From assembly GCA_965216875.1 (NCBI GenBank), contig OZ244207.1, positions 3,680,001-3,744,000 on the forward strand: a stretch of DNA of 64,000 nucleotides. Reading direction: 5' to 3'. Source of the DNA: Rubripirellula sp. GTDB taxonomy: Bacteria; Planctomycetota; Planctomycetia; Pirellulales; Pirellulaceae. Of the stretch, positions 29,220 to 39,082 are shown in pieces (within the stretch, counting starts at the first letter, position 1; each line of letters opens with the position of its first letter). The notes under the pieces are model-generated. The model was not told where the DNA came from. It did not search any database and worked only from the letters and a program-made list of their open reading frames with translations. Both the position numbers and the translations under genes were made by a program.

Positions 29220-31265
29220 ATGGAGACGGCATTGCAGTGGTTTGACATGTCGAATATGTCCGTTGGCGCAGTGGTGTTGACCAAAGCCACGTTCGTGTTG
29301 TTGCTGCTCTGGGTTTGCCATGCGTTGCTTGGCCAAGCAAACCCGCGTTGGCGACGGCTGGTTTGGCGATCGGGCGTGGTGGCCTTGGCCGTGACTGGAC
29401 TGCTGCACCTCGCCGCACCAACGATGGGTGTCAATGCGTCGGTGGTCGTGCAAGCCATTGCGCCGATTGAAACGCCGCTTGGAGGGCCGGCAGCAAGCGA
29501 GGTTTCGAACGCGTCTGTGGATTTGCCGGTTGTCGTCCCGGCTACGATTGCGAGCGAATCCGAAAAAGAGATGCACTCCGTTTCACCCTCCCCACAGGCA
29601 TTCGATCGCGCGTCCGCGATTCGGTTCGCCTACTTGTGTGGGCTGCTATGGGGTGTACTTCGGCTCGCCTCTGGGCAAATCCATATCACACAACTTTTAC
29701 GCCGGTCGCTGGCGGCACCAGGTGCAATCACAGAGTCGTTTGAAGCGACAGCTCGAGAGATGGCAGTAGCTCGATGTCGGATTCGAGTGAGTGAGGAAGT
29801 GGCAACGCCAACCCTGTGTGGCGTGTTTCATCCCACGCTGTTGGTTCCTACTTCGCTTCTCGATCCTGGGCAAACCGATCGTTGGAAATCAGTCTTTTCA
29901 CATGAGCTATCCCATGTGCGAAGCAACGACTTGCGATGGAATCATGCGATGCATTGGTTGGGATGCTTGCTTTGGTTTCACCCATTGGCTTGGCGGATTC
30001 GATCAGCCCACGCCGATGCGTGTGAGTTGGCGAGCGATGCGGATGCGGCGGACCAAGTCGGATGCGTCGACACCTACTCTGGCGTCTTAGCAAGAATCGC
30101 GGTCGAGGCGTCGACATCGCCTGAGTTCGCGATGGGCATGGCTCGCACGCCCGACGTCACGCGTCGCATCAAGGCTCTGAAGAAACAGGTTCACTCCGCT
30201 GAGGTTTCCCCACGACGAAAAGCGATCTTATTCGTTTTGGCGGTTGCCGTTTCGGTGCTCACGGGCGTTTCCAAGTTTGCCGTCGCGGCACCACAAGTCC
30301 ACTCCAAGGAGGATGTTGCCGCGGACGCAACAGCGATCGATGCCCAAACCACCGCGGCACTGCACAAAGCGTTCACCTTCCTTGCTTCACGCCAGCGCGC
30401 CGATGGAGCCTTTGGAAGCGACGACCGCGCGGCCGAACGTCTCGCGATCACGGCTCTCTGCGGAACGGCTCTCTTGGATGCCGGCAACAAACCTGGCGAA
30501 GGGCCATTCGGAGATCAATTGCAAGCGTGTGTCGACTTCGTCACCTCGCACGTTCAGGACGACGGGTTGATTTCGGAAAAGCGGCAAGGAGCGTTGATGT
30601 ACATTCACGCCTACTCGCTTCAATTCCTTGCTCGTTGTCAAATCGCAGCTCCAGACGCACAGCGCGGCGTCGCGATCGAGAATGCGGTCAAACTGGTTGT
30701 GGACAGTCAAAACCGACAAGATGGTTGGCGCTACATCCCGACCTCCCAAGACGCTGACAGCTCGGTCACTTCATGCCAGCTCGTCGCGTTGTTACTTGCT
30801 CGCAAAGCGGGCGCGAACGTGCCGGACGAAACGATTCGACGTGGTATCGACTATCTCGTGCGATGCCAACGCGATGATGGCGGGTTCAACTACATCGCCT
30901 CCTTTGCGGGACAAGCTGGAAAAGGCCAAGCTGCTTTGCCTCGCTCGGCTGCCGCAGCCGCGGTGCTCTGTTTGGCCGAACACAGTGGCCACGTCAAAGA
31001 CCAAGCTTGCAAGTTTGTTGCCGAACATGCGAGCCGAATCGAACCAGCTGGCCCCCACCATGGCTATGCCGTTCACTACCTTGCCGTAGCGATGCCAAGG
31101 ATGGACCGTAGCGACTTTGATCGTTGGTACAACGCAACTCGCAAGGAGCTGTTGCAACGGCAGGGCGCCGATGGCCAATGGAGCGATGCTGCGTTGGGTA
31201 CCGACTATGGCACGGCGATCGCCTGCATCGCACTCCTGTCGCCTCAGCATTTGCCCAGCAAGTAG
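29220..31265 (+). CDS. M56/BlaR1-family metallopeptidase fused to prenyltransferase/squalene-cyclase-repeat barrel
   Basis: HELSHVRSND, LWFHPLAW, ACELASD; C-terminal QW-type repeats RQRADGAF, SQNRQDGWRY, CQRDDGGFNY, RQGADGQW. Confidence 0.88.
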   Translation: METALQWFDMSNMSVGAVVLTKATFVLLLLWVCHALLGQANPRWRRLVWRSGVVALAVTGLLHLAAPTMGVNASVVVQAIAPIETPLGGPAASEVSNASVDLPVVVPATIASESEKEMHSVSPSPQAFDRASAIRFAYLCGLLWGVLRLASGQIHITQLLRRSLAAPGAITESFEATAREMAVARCRIRVSEEVATPTLCGVFHPTLLVPTSLLDPGQTDRWKSVFSHELSHVRSNDLRWNHAMHWLGCLLWFHPLAWRIRSAHADACELASDADAADQVGCVDTYSGVLARIAVEASTSPEFAMGMARTPDVTRRIKALKKQVHSAEVSPRRKAILFVLAVAVSVLTGVSKFAVAAPQVHSKEDVAADATAIDAQTTAALHKAFTFLASRQRADGAFGSDDRAAERLAITALCGTALLDAGNKPGEGPFGDQLQACVDFVTSHVQDDGLISEKRQGALMYIHAYSLQFLARCQIAAPDAQRGVAIENAVKLVVDSQNRQDGWRYIPTSQDADSSVTSCQLVALLLARKAGANVPDETIRRGIDYLVRCQRDDGGFNYIASFAGQAGKGQAALPRSAAAAAVLCLAEHSGHVKDQACKFVAEHASRIEPAGPHHGYAVHYLAVAMPRMDRSDFDRWYNATRKELLQRQGADGQWSDAALGTDYGTAIACIALLSPQHLPSK

Positions 31266-31338
31266 CTTTGCGTTCAAGAGTCGCCTTTCGCTCCGCGAAA
31301 GTTGCATCCACCAAAGCACCGCATCCTCTTCATAGACC

Positions 31339-31450
31339 GTAGCCACCTTCGCCAGAAGGTGGTTTTCAATGGTCGACCATTTTCTGCGATCACCACGCTC
31401 TGGCGAGCGTAGCTACGAAGCGTGGCGAGCTAAAGCCCGGTACTACGAAC
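31339..31450. repeat. REPIN-like element (family C doublet) plus a family B REP
   Basis: GTAGCCACCTTCGCCAGAAGGTGG (31339-31362) ... CCACGCTCTGGCGAGCGTAGCTAC (31393-31416); GCTAAAGCCCGGTACTACGAAC ends at 31450. Confidence 0.85.
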
Positions 31451-31490
31451 GGGTGGTTCACCAATCGATCGCAGCCGCATCATCATTGGG

Positions 31491-32054
31491 CTAGGTCTCG
31501 TCTCGGGCTCGGACAAGCAGGTCAATCCATGGGCCGACATAGTGCCCGTTGTCGTGGAAGGTTCGGCCGCTGACGAGGTTCCGGTCAATCACGCAGGGCT
31601 CGTCGACAAAGATCCCACCGCAGACTTCGAGATCGAATTTGCACTTCGCAACGGTCGCCATTTTGCGACCACGAACGCAGTCGGCATAGGCGGGAATTTC
31701 GACTCCGTGACAGACACTCGCAATCGGCTTGTCGGTTTCGAAAAAGTGCTTGGTAATCCGAACCAGATCCTTGTCATAGCGAATGTATTCGGGCGCGCGG
31801 CCTCCGGAGAACATGATTCCGGCATAGTCGTCTTCGTTGACTTCGCAAAAAGGAACATCGCACTCAATCGTGTAGCCTTCCCACTCTTTTGTGATCGTCC
31901 AGCCCGCTTTCACCTCGTGCAACACCATCTGGTACGTGCGTTTTTCGGGAGCCGTCACGACGGGCTCGAAACCGGCCTCTTGCAGTCGGTAGTAGGGGTA
32001 CATGGTGTCGAGTGTCTCGGTGGCATCACCAACGACGATCAAGACTTTCTGCAT
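31491..32054 (-). CDS. DJ-1/PfpI family protein
   Basis: GDATETLD, SGGRAPEYIR, catalytic ASVCHG; start MQKV. Confidence 0.9.
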   Translation of the reverse strand: MQKVLIVVGDATETLDTMYPYYRLQEAGFEPVVTAPEKRTYQMVLHEVKAGWTITKEWEGYTIECDVPFCEVNEDDYAGIMFSGGRAPEYIRYDKDLVRITKHFFETDKPIASVCHGVEIPAYADCVRGRKMATVAKCKFDLEVCGGIFVDEPCVIDRNLVSGRTFHDNGHYVGPWIDLLVRARDET

Positions 32055-32271
32055 GAGTGATCTCGTGCGGGAGCGGGGGCGGGAATGGTGTGTCAATCAG
32101 GAAGGAAGCAGAGAATGTTACCCGACACGACCATCCTGCGTTGGCGCGGGACCCGATTTAGTAGCCCGGCATCAAGTGAGTAGGCCGGCATCAAGGAGCG
32201 ACAGCGACGCAGATCCGGCACGCCCACACCCCGCGGCACCAAGAACTCAAAGGCGGCCTTCGGGCGATTGC

Positions 32272-32307
32272 AAAAAAAAGACTAGCGACGGTGATCGCTA
32301 GTCTTTT
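32272..32307 (-). terminator. Strong intrinsic terminator (potentially bidirectional)
   Basis: AAAAGACTAGCGA-cggtga-TCGCTAGTCTTTT; 8-T tail on minus, 4-T tail on plus. Confidence 0.75.
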
Positions 32308-32389
32308 GAGATGTTTTAAAAGTCGACGGGCGGGGTGGTGTATGGGGCACGTTACACCACTTCCGCAAGGCAGTGCGGCGCCCATCGAC
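32272..32389 (-). ncRNA. Candidate structured small RNA or leader RNA (unassigned family)
   Basis: Three-way junction at 32322-32389, extended -10 TGtTACACT at 32404-32396 and a downstream terminator. Confidence 0.35.
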
Positions 32390-32798
32390 AACTGAAGTGT
32401 AACAGGTTCCCCTTCTTTTTAAAGTCTCTACGGCGCAGTATTTCCCGAAGATTTTTGCGGGCGTGAACGTTGTGAGGGCACCTTGGCGTTTGAGTCGTCT
32501 GTGTCGGTTGCTGGGTGCGAAGAGCGTCGAGCTTGCCTAGCTGTCAAACTTGATTACCGACATGGCTCGATGGGACACAGACGAACCACCCGTTAACGGG
32601 GATCCGTCGGGACCGAAAAGGGAAAAAGCGAAAAAAATGGGTGCGTTGGTCACCGGTCGGCTCCGCGTTAGCTTGCAACAGTGGTCCGATCGACCACACA
32701 AAAAGTTTTGCGTAACGCTCAACGACTTTGGGTTGGTGTCGGATTTCGTCACCGCACCCACCTTCAAGTCCCCACCTCCATCGATTGCGCGACCAACC

Positions 32799-33569
32799 AT
32801 GGCGGGTTCTAACCCTTCGATCAAGCGTCCATCAAGCGCCTCAACGGCCCCAGCCCAACTGAGAACGAGCTCGGCTTCGCATGCTGTTGTGACGCCCATT
32901 TCGTCGCTCACACCCCGGCGACAACGGTATTTTCAGATCAAGTACGGGGTCGAACGATGGATTGCGGGTGCGCTGTTTCTGGCGTCCGCCCCGGTTGTTC
33001 TTGTCTTGTTTGCGTTGGTTCGTTTGACATCGCCAGGCCCCGGTTTTTACCGCCAAACGCGTGTTGGCCTGAACGGACGTCTGTTTGAGATCGTCAAACT
33101 GCGATCGATGGTCCAGGACGCCGAAAAGCCTGGGGAAACGATCTGGAGCGGCAAACGAGACCCGCGGGTGACCCGCTTGGGGCGCATCTTGCGAACCACG
33201 CACATGGACGAACTCCCTCAACTACTGAACATCGTTCGAGGTGAAATGTCGCTGATCGGTCCGCGACCGGAGCGGCCTGAGATCTGCGAGCAACTCGCCG
33301 AGAGCATTCCTGGCTACTACAACAGGGCGGCGGTCAAACCCGGTCTGACAGGATTGGCGCAGATCAACCTCCCGCCGGACCAAGAGGTCAGTGATGTGCA
33401 GCGCAAGCAAGTCCTTGACCTCTGCTATATCGATGAAGCCAACGCATCGTTGGAAGTGCGCATTCTGATTGCGACGGCATTGCGTGTTGCCCACATTCGA
33501 GGCCCCATCGTCTCGAAGTGCCTGGGCCTTTGTCGTCAACAATTGCTGGACGACAGCACCGACGAATGA
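32799..33569 (+). CDS. Bacterial sugar transferase (undecaprenyl-phosphate glycosyl-1-phosphate transferase, small form)
   Basis: FYRQTRVGLNG, KLRSM, DPRVTRLGRILR, DELPQLLNIVRGEMSLIGPRPERP, KPGLTGLAQI; start uncertain. Confidence 0.9.
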   Translation: MAGSNPSIKRPSSASTAPAQLRTSSASHAVVTPISSLTPRRQRYFQIKYGVERWIAGALFLASAPVVLVLFALVRLTSPGPGFYRQTRVGLNGRLFEIVKLRSMVQDAEKPGETIWSGKRDPRVTRLGRILRTTHMDELPQLLNIVRGEMSLIGPRPERPEICEQLAESIPGYYNRAAVKPGLTGLAQINLPPDQEVSDVQRKQVLDLCYIDEANASLEVRILIATALRVAHIRGPIVSKCLGLCRQQLLDDSTDE

Positions 33570-33685
33570 ACCCAGCGGCCGCGTCAGCACGCTGCCCGCT
33601 GCGCTCGGCAACAGGTATCTGATAGCTTGTGGAGCATGCCTTTCGTTGCTTGCTTGACTACCGTTGCCTAGCTGGAGTGTTGCCG

Positions 33686-34693
33686 ATGTCGGTCTCTGAC
33701 ACCGAGATCAAATCGATCGAGACCCGTTCGTTGCGAATCGGGATGTGGGGCAACTTGATCATGGCGGCCGCTGGTGTCATCGCGGCCCACATGTCGCGAT
33801 CCGATGCCTTGCTGGTCGATGGCCTTTACTCGGGCGTCAATTTCGTGTCGGCGATTGTCGCGACTCAGGTTGCTGCGTCGGTGCTGCGGCCTGCCAATCG
33901 ACTTTACCCTTTTGGCTACAGCGCGTACGAAGCGATCTACGTCAACTTTCGATCACTGATCTTGGTCGGGATCATCGCCTTCGCCGGATTCAATGCATCC
34001 AAAAAGATCGCCCACTACGCAACCGGTGGTGACGTTCCCGAATTGGTCTTTGGACCGATCTTGATTTACTCGGTGATGATGGTGGCGATCTGCGTTGCAC
34101 TGGCGCTCGTTCATCGCCGCAATTGGCAACGCACCGAAAAGCGAAGCGAAGTGTTGCGCACCGAAGCGAGCGCTTCGACCGTCGATGGTGTGATCAGCGG
34201 CGGGGCGGGGGCTGGCTTGGTTGGCACTCAGCTACTTGAGGGAACGTTTCTTTCCTTTCTCGTCCCCATCTCGGACAGCATCGTCGTACTGGTCATGGCC
34301 GCATTCGTTATCCGAGCGCCACTGCACATGTTCTTTGCGGCGTTAAGAGAAATCGCTGGTGAGTCGGCCGATAAAGAGACGCGCGACAAGGTCCGCAAGC
34401 AGGTCGAACAAATATTGACCGCCAACGAATTCAAAGTGTTCGACGTTGCCGTCACCAAACTCGGGCGTTCGTTTGCCATCGTGCCGTTTGCAAAACCCAA
34501 GCACAGCGTTGACGGTGACCAGGTCGACGCGTTGACACGGAAGATTGAACAAAAGTGCCTTGAGGAACTTGGCGAAACGCGCACGGCGATCGTGATCACC
34601 TCACAGCCACCGTGGCCAGAAGATGTAAATGCGTCCCCCCAAAAAACATCCGAGGCCGGCGGTAGCGATGTCGCAACCGACAGCTCAGATTGA
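33686..34693 (+). CDS. Cation diffusion facilitator (CDF) transporter
   Basis: SDALLVDGLYS, YPFGY, about 6 TM segments and a C-terminal soluble domain. Confidence 0.85.
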   Translation: MSVSDTEIKSIETRSLRIGMWGNLIMAAAGVIAAHMSRSDALLVDGLYSGVNFVSAIVATQVAASVLRPANRLYPFGYSAYEAIYVNFRSLILVGIIAFAGFNASKKIAHYATGGDVPELVFGPILIYSVMMVAICVALALVHRRNWQRTEKRSEVLRTEASASTVDGVISGGAGAGLVGTQLLEGTFLSFLVPISDSIVVLVMAAFVIRAPLHMFFAALREIAGESADKETRDKVRKQVEQILTANEFKVFDVAVTKLGRSFAIVPFAKPKHSVDGDQVDALTRKIEQKCLEELGETRTAIVITSQPPWPEDVNASPQKTSEAGGSDVATDSSD

Positions 34694-35815
34694 CTAGAAA
34701 CGAAACGCGGCCGCACCGATCACTTGGTTTCGGCGGTTGAACCCATGCTCGACCATCATTTCGACATTGGGGCAGGGAACCCATCGCAGACCGTAGATCG
34801 GATTCCAGGCCGTTTCGACGTCCAAATCGACAACGATTTGCACCGGAATCGCGCCCACGCTTGTGGTGGTCGAAAGTTCCTTGTCAACGTTCATGTAGAA
34901 CGCGCCAACCCAAACGGCAAACTTTGGATTCTGTAGTCCGAAGCGAGGTGCAAAGGTCCGCGCACGGATGCCGTTATCAAGGCCGGACAACATGGTCTCG
35001 GTATAGTTCCAGTCAAACGCGGCGAAGAAGCTTTTGTAGCCAATCGCTCCAGTGCATCCGCCGCCATAGGTGTCACCGGCGTAGTCGATGGAAACCGGAA
35101 TGACGGTGTCGGGGAGCAACCCTGGCACGCCACTGACAACAACGTTCCCACTTGCCGTCCCACTGGTGCGTCCGACCAAACCGTAAACGTTCAGGAAAGG
35201 TAGAACCCAAAAGTCAAAACGCCCGCCGACATTCGTGTCTTGGCTTGTGATTTGAAACGGCGGAACATCGGGCAAGAGCGCCGGTGGGTTTCCGGCAGCA
35301 CCGATACGGATGCCGTCGATGTTCATCGTTTGATCGATGTAAGCGATATTCGCTCCGGCTCCAAACGGAAGTGGCAGCTGGTACCCGAACCGACGTGCTT
35401 CTTCGTTCCAAATCGGGAACACCCGTTCTCGCTCGGGATCGATCAAGCGCCAAAGCAGACACTCTTTGCACTCACATCGCCTGCACCGTCGTTTGCTCGC
35501 GCATCGGGTCGCGCAGTGACAACACTCATGTGATGCAAAGGATTGCGTCACGGCGACGTCCGGGTCCGTGTCGGATGCGATCGAGATGGGCACGACAAGA
35601 TCACTTGGGCTCGTCAAACCGATCGTCTCAAGCTCGTTCTCAGAATCCCAAGCTGAACCGGCATCCCAGTATGACGCCGTGAGAAACTCGGGTTCCGTCG
35701 CCGTGGCTGTCCCTGCAACCAGCAAAAACACCGCTGCAACGATTGCAGAGAGTTTGACGATTGTAGGGCCGCAACAGGCGCGGCGAGCATGCCAAGACTT
35801 CACGATCACTTGCAT
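34694..35815 (-). CDS. Putative outer-membrane beta-barrel protein with Cys-rich N-terminal linker
   Basis: Signal peptide, Cys cluster, LPLPFG, DFWVLPFLNVYG, amphipathic strands, terminal FRF; start uncertain (ORF open to 35869). Confidence 0.7.
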   Translation of the reverse strand: MQVIVKSWHARRACCGPTIVKLSAIVAAVFLLVAGTATATEPEFLTASYWDAGSAWDSENELETIGLTSPSDLVVPISIASDTDPDVAVTQSFASHECCHCATRCASKRRCRRCECKECLLWRLIDPERERVFPIWNEEARRFGYQLPLPFGAGANIAYIDQTMNIDGIRIGAAGNPPALLPDVPPFQITSQDTNVGGRFDFWVLPFLNVYGLVGRTSGTASGNVVVSGVPGLLPDTVIPVSIDYAGDTYGGGCTGAIGYKSFFAAFDWNYTETMLSGLDNGIRARTFAPRFGLQNPKFAVWVGAFYMNVDKELSTTTSVGAIPVQIVVDLDVETAWNPIYGLRWVPCPNVEMMVEHGFNRRNQVIGAAAFRF

Positions 35816-35986
35816 CCTGCTTTGGATCACGGGTTGGAAAGTACGGATATTCCTTTTTATCGGATGCACTGGCTCGTCAGCTTGCCGAATTCCCCACGTT
35901 TCCCGGGCCGGTAAACCCTGGCGATTACAATGTTTGCAACGCGGGGAACCGGTTTCTTTTCATCTCTTGCCAACCAGAACTCCACC

Positions 35987-37009
35987 ATGCTTCGTCGCTG
36001 TTTCGGTCCACTCGTCGTTGCCACCTTCCTCTGCCAAGCTCCGAGCTTGGTTCAAGCTCAGTCCGACACCGAGTCCACCGCGGGATCGGTCGACAAACCG
36101 GTCGGAAAGGAATTCGAGATTCTCTTTCGTCTCTCGACGGAGCTGATCGAAGACCTCACGCGCCATGAAGTCGAGATGACCGTCCCGGTGAGCCGCACGG
36201 TGGAAGGGATGCCACTTACGGGAACCGCATCAGGCAAAGGAATCACGTCGGTGAATGTCGTCGAATCAGACGACCAAGCCGAGTTCTCGATTTCAATGAC
36301 CGGCAATGCAACGGGCAGGCTTCGAAGCGATGCGGGCCCCGCGATCGTCAGGCTCACCACGCGAGCTCAATTCGTCACGACCAAGCGAATTCAATTCGAC
36401 GGGAACGCGTTCTTTATGTCGCCGGCCGAAACCGACGCAAAAAACTGCACGACGATCGATCGCCTTTGCGCCAAGCGGCGCGGCGTTATTGGCGGCTTGG
36501 TCGAGCAGGTTGGATCTCGCATTGCCAAAAAATCGCTGCCCGACATCAACCAACGCGCCCAAGACATCACGACCGAAATGTTGTCGGACACCTTTGACGA
36601 AGCGGGCGAGGATTTGCTTTCCCGACTCAACGACACCGCCGACTTTGACGAAATGCTCGACAAGTATTTCCCAGAGACCAAAGGCTGGACCTACAAAACG
36701 GCGGCGCGCAAAGACGCGATCATCGCCGGTCTAGGGCCAGAAGATGCCACGTTCCCGTCCATCGTGCTTAACGATGAATACCCAACCCAAGCCCATGCCG
36801 AAATCTGGCTCAAGCTGACGCCAGGACAAGCCGCCATGCTGCAGCTTTTGGGCGACATGGACATCGTTTACGATCTGCTGCGGGAAGCGATGCCCGACCA
36901 AGACGCTGAAACACTCGCCGAAGATGTTAAGCTAACGCGTCAGGGTGATTGGTCCATCATCCTGGTCGGTTTGCCGGCCAACGACGCAAAGTTTTCAAAA
37001 CCAAAGTAG
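35987..37009 (+). CDS. Exported hypothetical protein
   Basis: Long ORF with signal peptide (VQA|QS); beta-rich N-terminal half. Confidence 0.7.
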   Translation: MLRRCFGPLVVATFLCQAPSLVQAQSDTESTAGSVDKPVGKEFEILFRLSTELIEDLTRHEVEMTVPVSRTVEGMPLTGTASGKGITSVNVVESDDQAEFSISMTGNATGRLRSDAGPAIVRLTTRAQFVTTKRIQFDGNAFFMSPAETDAKNCTTIDRLCAKRRGVIGGLVEQVGSRIAKKSLPDINQRAQDITTEMLSDTFDEAGEDLLSRLNDTADFDEMLDKYFPETKGWTYKTAARKDAIIAGLGPEDATFPSIVLNDEYPTQAHAEIWLKLTPGQAAMLQLLGDMDIVYDLLREAMPDQDAETLAEDVKLTRQGDWSIILVGLPANDAKFSKPK

Positions 37010-37115
37010 TCCTCTATCTCCCTCAAGCCATTGGCCCCTAAATCCTGTTGGCGATGAATTCTGTTGGGCGGCGAATACTGATGCATGATTCTGGGATGAC
37101 TGACGGGGATTACTG

Positions 37116-38417
37116 ATGAATGATTCTGGCCAAACAAGCGACCGGCCCAAGTCCAAGGCAAAGAAGTGGGCGCTGATCGTTTTCATCGCCCTGGTCGCAA
37201 TCGCCCTGGGCTTTCCCGTGGTTGCCTCCAAGACCTCGCTGCGTGATACGATTCTGCAAAGAATCTTGGGCGACCCGACGCTTCGCGTCTCGTCATCCGC
37301 AGCAAATTTCGGCCTCTTCTCGCCACTCTCGATTTCGGATCTTTCGATTCAGTCATCTGACGGCAGTTTTCAAGCGAGCGTCAAAGAGTTTCGAGCCGAG
37401 AGATCGTGGCTCAGCCTTTTGATGTCGTCTCCCGAACTGGGCAAGATTGAAGTCGAGCAACCCACGATCGATCTCGTGGTAAGCAACCAGGCGGACGATC
37501 GGCAGCCAGCCGCAACGCCCGTCTCCTTCCCGACAATCGACGTCGCCTTGAATCAGTTGTCGTTGCGTGTCCGAAGCGAAGAGAAAGACAAGCCACTGAT
37601 CGACTTGGAATCGTTGGATGTCAATCTTCGCACGGTGCAGCGTGACAAAGGCACGGTGTTGATGGTGGATCCAATCGCCTTTGCTGACAACAAGCCGATC
37701 ACTCCTGAACTGATTGACGACGGCTTGAAAATGCTGATCCCCAATCTTGCCAGCGAAATCGGAGTGAAAGGAACGTTCTCCTTTGAACTAACGAAGCTCG
37801 AGGTGGCGTTGGTCGACGGTTTACATACCGACGATTCGACTTCACAAGAATCAATCATTGAAGGTGTCCTGACAGTGCACACCTTGGAGGCGGGATTGAA
37901 GAACGACGTCACGCGTCGCTTGGCGATGATGGCGTCGGAGTTGCTCGATCTTGGCGGCGGCCCTGAAGCACTTAGCCTGGTACACGATGCCAAAGTCGAA
38001 TTCCGATTGACCGACGGAGCGATCGAACACCAGGCGATGGCATGGGTGTTGCCTGATGACGATGGCGTCAAAATCCAAACCTCGGGTGCCGTCGGTTTTG
38101 ATCATTCGCTCGATCTTGCCGTCGATCTGTTTTTGCTGGGTGAATCCAACGACGAGTCTCCACTATCGAAGCAGCTCGCGGCGAGTCCACTGCGTTTGAC
38201 TGTTGGCGGAACGATCGATCAGCCCCAAGTCGACATGTCCGAAGACCAACCCTGGGTCAAGCAACTGCGTGAAGCGTTGCAATCTCGCAAACTTTCACGC
38301 GATGAACAGGACCTGGTGCGACGCATTGGCGGAGCATTGGACGACTATTTGTCAGATTCGATTGTGAAACGCATTGAATCGGCAATCTCCAACGAAGCGA
38401 CTTCGGAAGATCAATGA
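37116..38417 (+). CDS. AsmA-like membrane-anchored periplasmic protein
   Basis: Single N-terminal TM, LS+SDL, IEVEQPTIDL, C-terminal G.VGFD.SLDL..L.VGGTIDQPQV typical of AsmA/TamB. Confidence 0.65.
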   Translation: MNDSGQTSDRPKSKAKKWALIVFIALVAIALGFPVVASKTSLRDTILQRILGDPTLRVSSSAANFGLFSPLSISDLSIQSSDGSFQASVKEFRAERSWLSLLMSSPELGKIEVEQPTIDLVVSNQADDRQPAATPVSFPTIDVALNQLSLRVRSEEKDKPLIDLESLDVNLRTVQRDKGTVLMVDPIAFADNKPITPELIDDGLKMLIPNLASEIGVKGTFSFELTKLEVALVDGLHTDDSTSQESIIEGVLTVHTLEAGLKNDVTRRLAMMASELLDLGGGPEALSLVHDAKVEFRLTDGAIEHQAMAWVLPDDDGVKIQTSGAVGFDHSLDLAVDLFLLGESNDESPLSKQLAASPLRLTVGGTIDQPQVDMSEDQPWVKQLREALQSRKLSRDEQDLVRRIGGALDDYLSDSIVKRIESAISNEATSEDQ

Positions 38418-39082
38418 TCGAAATCGAAGGCGTCCACTTTCGCTATCGACAAAGCGACTTTGAATTGTCCGTGCCCCAATTGACCATTGAACGGGGCGAA
38501 ACGGTTGCCGTGATTGGCCCAAGCGGCAGCGGCAAAACAACGCTTCTGAATCTCGTATCGGGAATCCTCGTTCCGGACCAAGGATCGATTGTCGTCGATG
38601 GCACGAACCTGGCAAACCTGTCCGAGTCGGCACGACGTCACTTTCGCGTCCAATCGATTGGACTCGTGTTTCAGGAATTCGAATTACTCGAGCACTTGAA
38701 TGTTCTCGACAACATCTTGCTTGGTTGCCGAGTGACGCCGGCCGTTTCCGTAACCAGCGACCTGCGTCAGCGGGCACGGGAACTGGCAGATGAAATCGGC
38801 ATTGCCGACAAACTCAATCGATTCGCTCGACAGCTTTCGCAGGGCGAGCGGCAACGCGTCGCCTTTTGTCGGGCGTTGCTTTTGCAACCGCCCGTCCTGC
38901 TATGTGACGAACCGACGGGAAACCTTGACCCCGCCAACAAGTCGCATGTGCTCGACATTCTGTTTGACTACGTTTCACGCAATGACACGACGCTCCTGAC
39001 CGTCACGCACGACCACCAGATGCTGGATCGGTTTGGCCGCACGATCGATTTCAACCAATGGTTGGGGCGAGCGACGGCATGA
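38414..39082 (+). CDS. ABC transporter ATP-binding protein (LolD/MacB-like)
   Basis: GPSGSGKT, LSQGERQR, LLCDEPTGNLD, VTHD. Confidence 0.93.
   Translation: MIEIEGVHFRYRQSDFELSVPQLTIERGETVAVIGPSGSGKTTLLNLVSGILVPDQGSIVVDGTNLANLSESARRHFRVQSIGLVFQEFELLEHLNVLDNILLGCRVTPAVSVTSDLRQRARELADEIGIADKLNRFARQLSQGERQRVAFCRALLLQPPVLLCDEPTGNLDPANKSHVLDILFDYVSRNDTTLLTVTHDHQMLDRFGRTIDFNQWLGRATA

Noticed and set aside
32092..32112. SRP RNA (GGAAGGAAGCAG match)
   Set aside because: Lacks the pairing CAGGUCC arm and the long flanking helix
32799..33569. Exopolysaccharide biosynthesis cluster
   Set aside because: The priming transferase and the GT4 are 10 kb apart with no flippase, polymerase or export genes in the window
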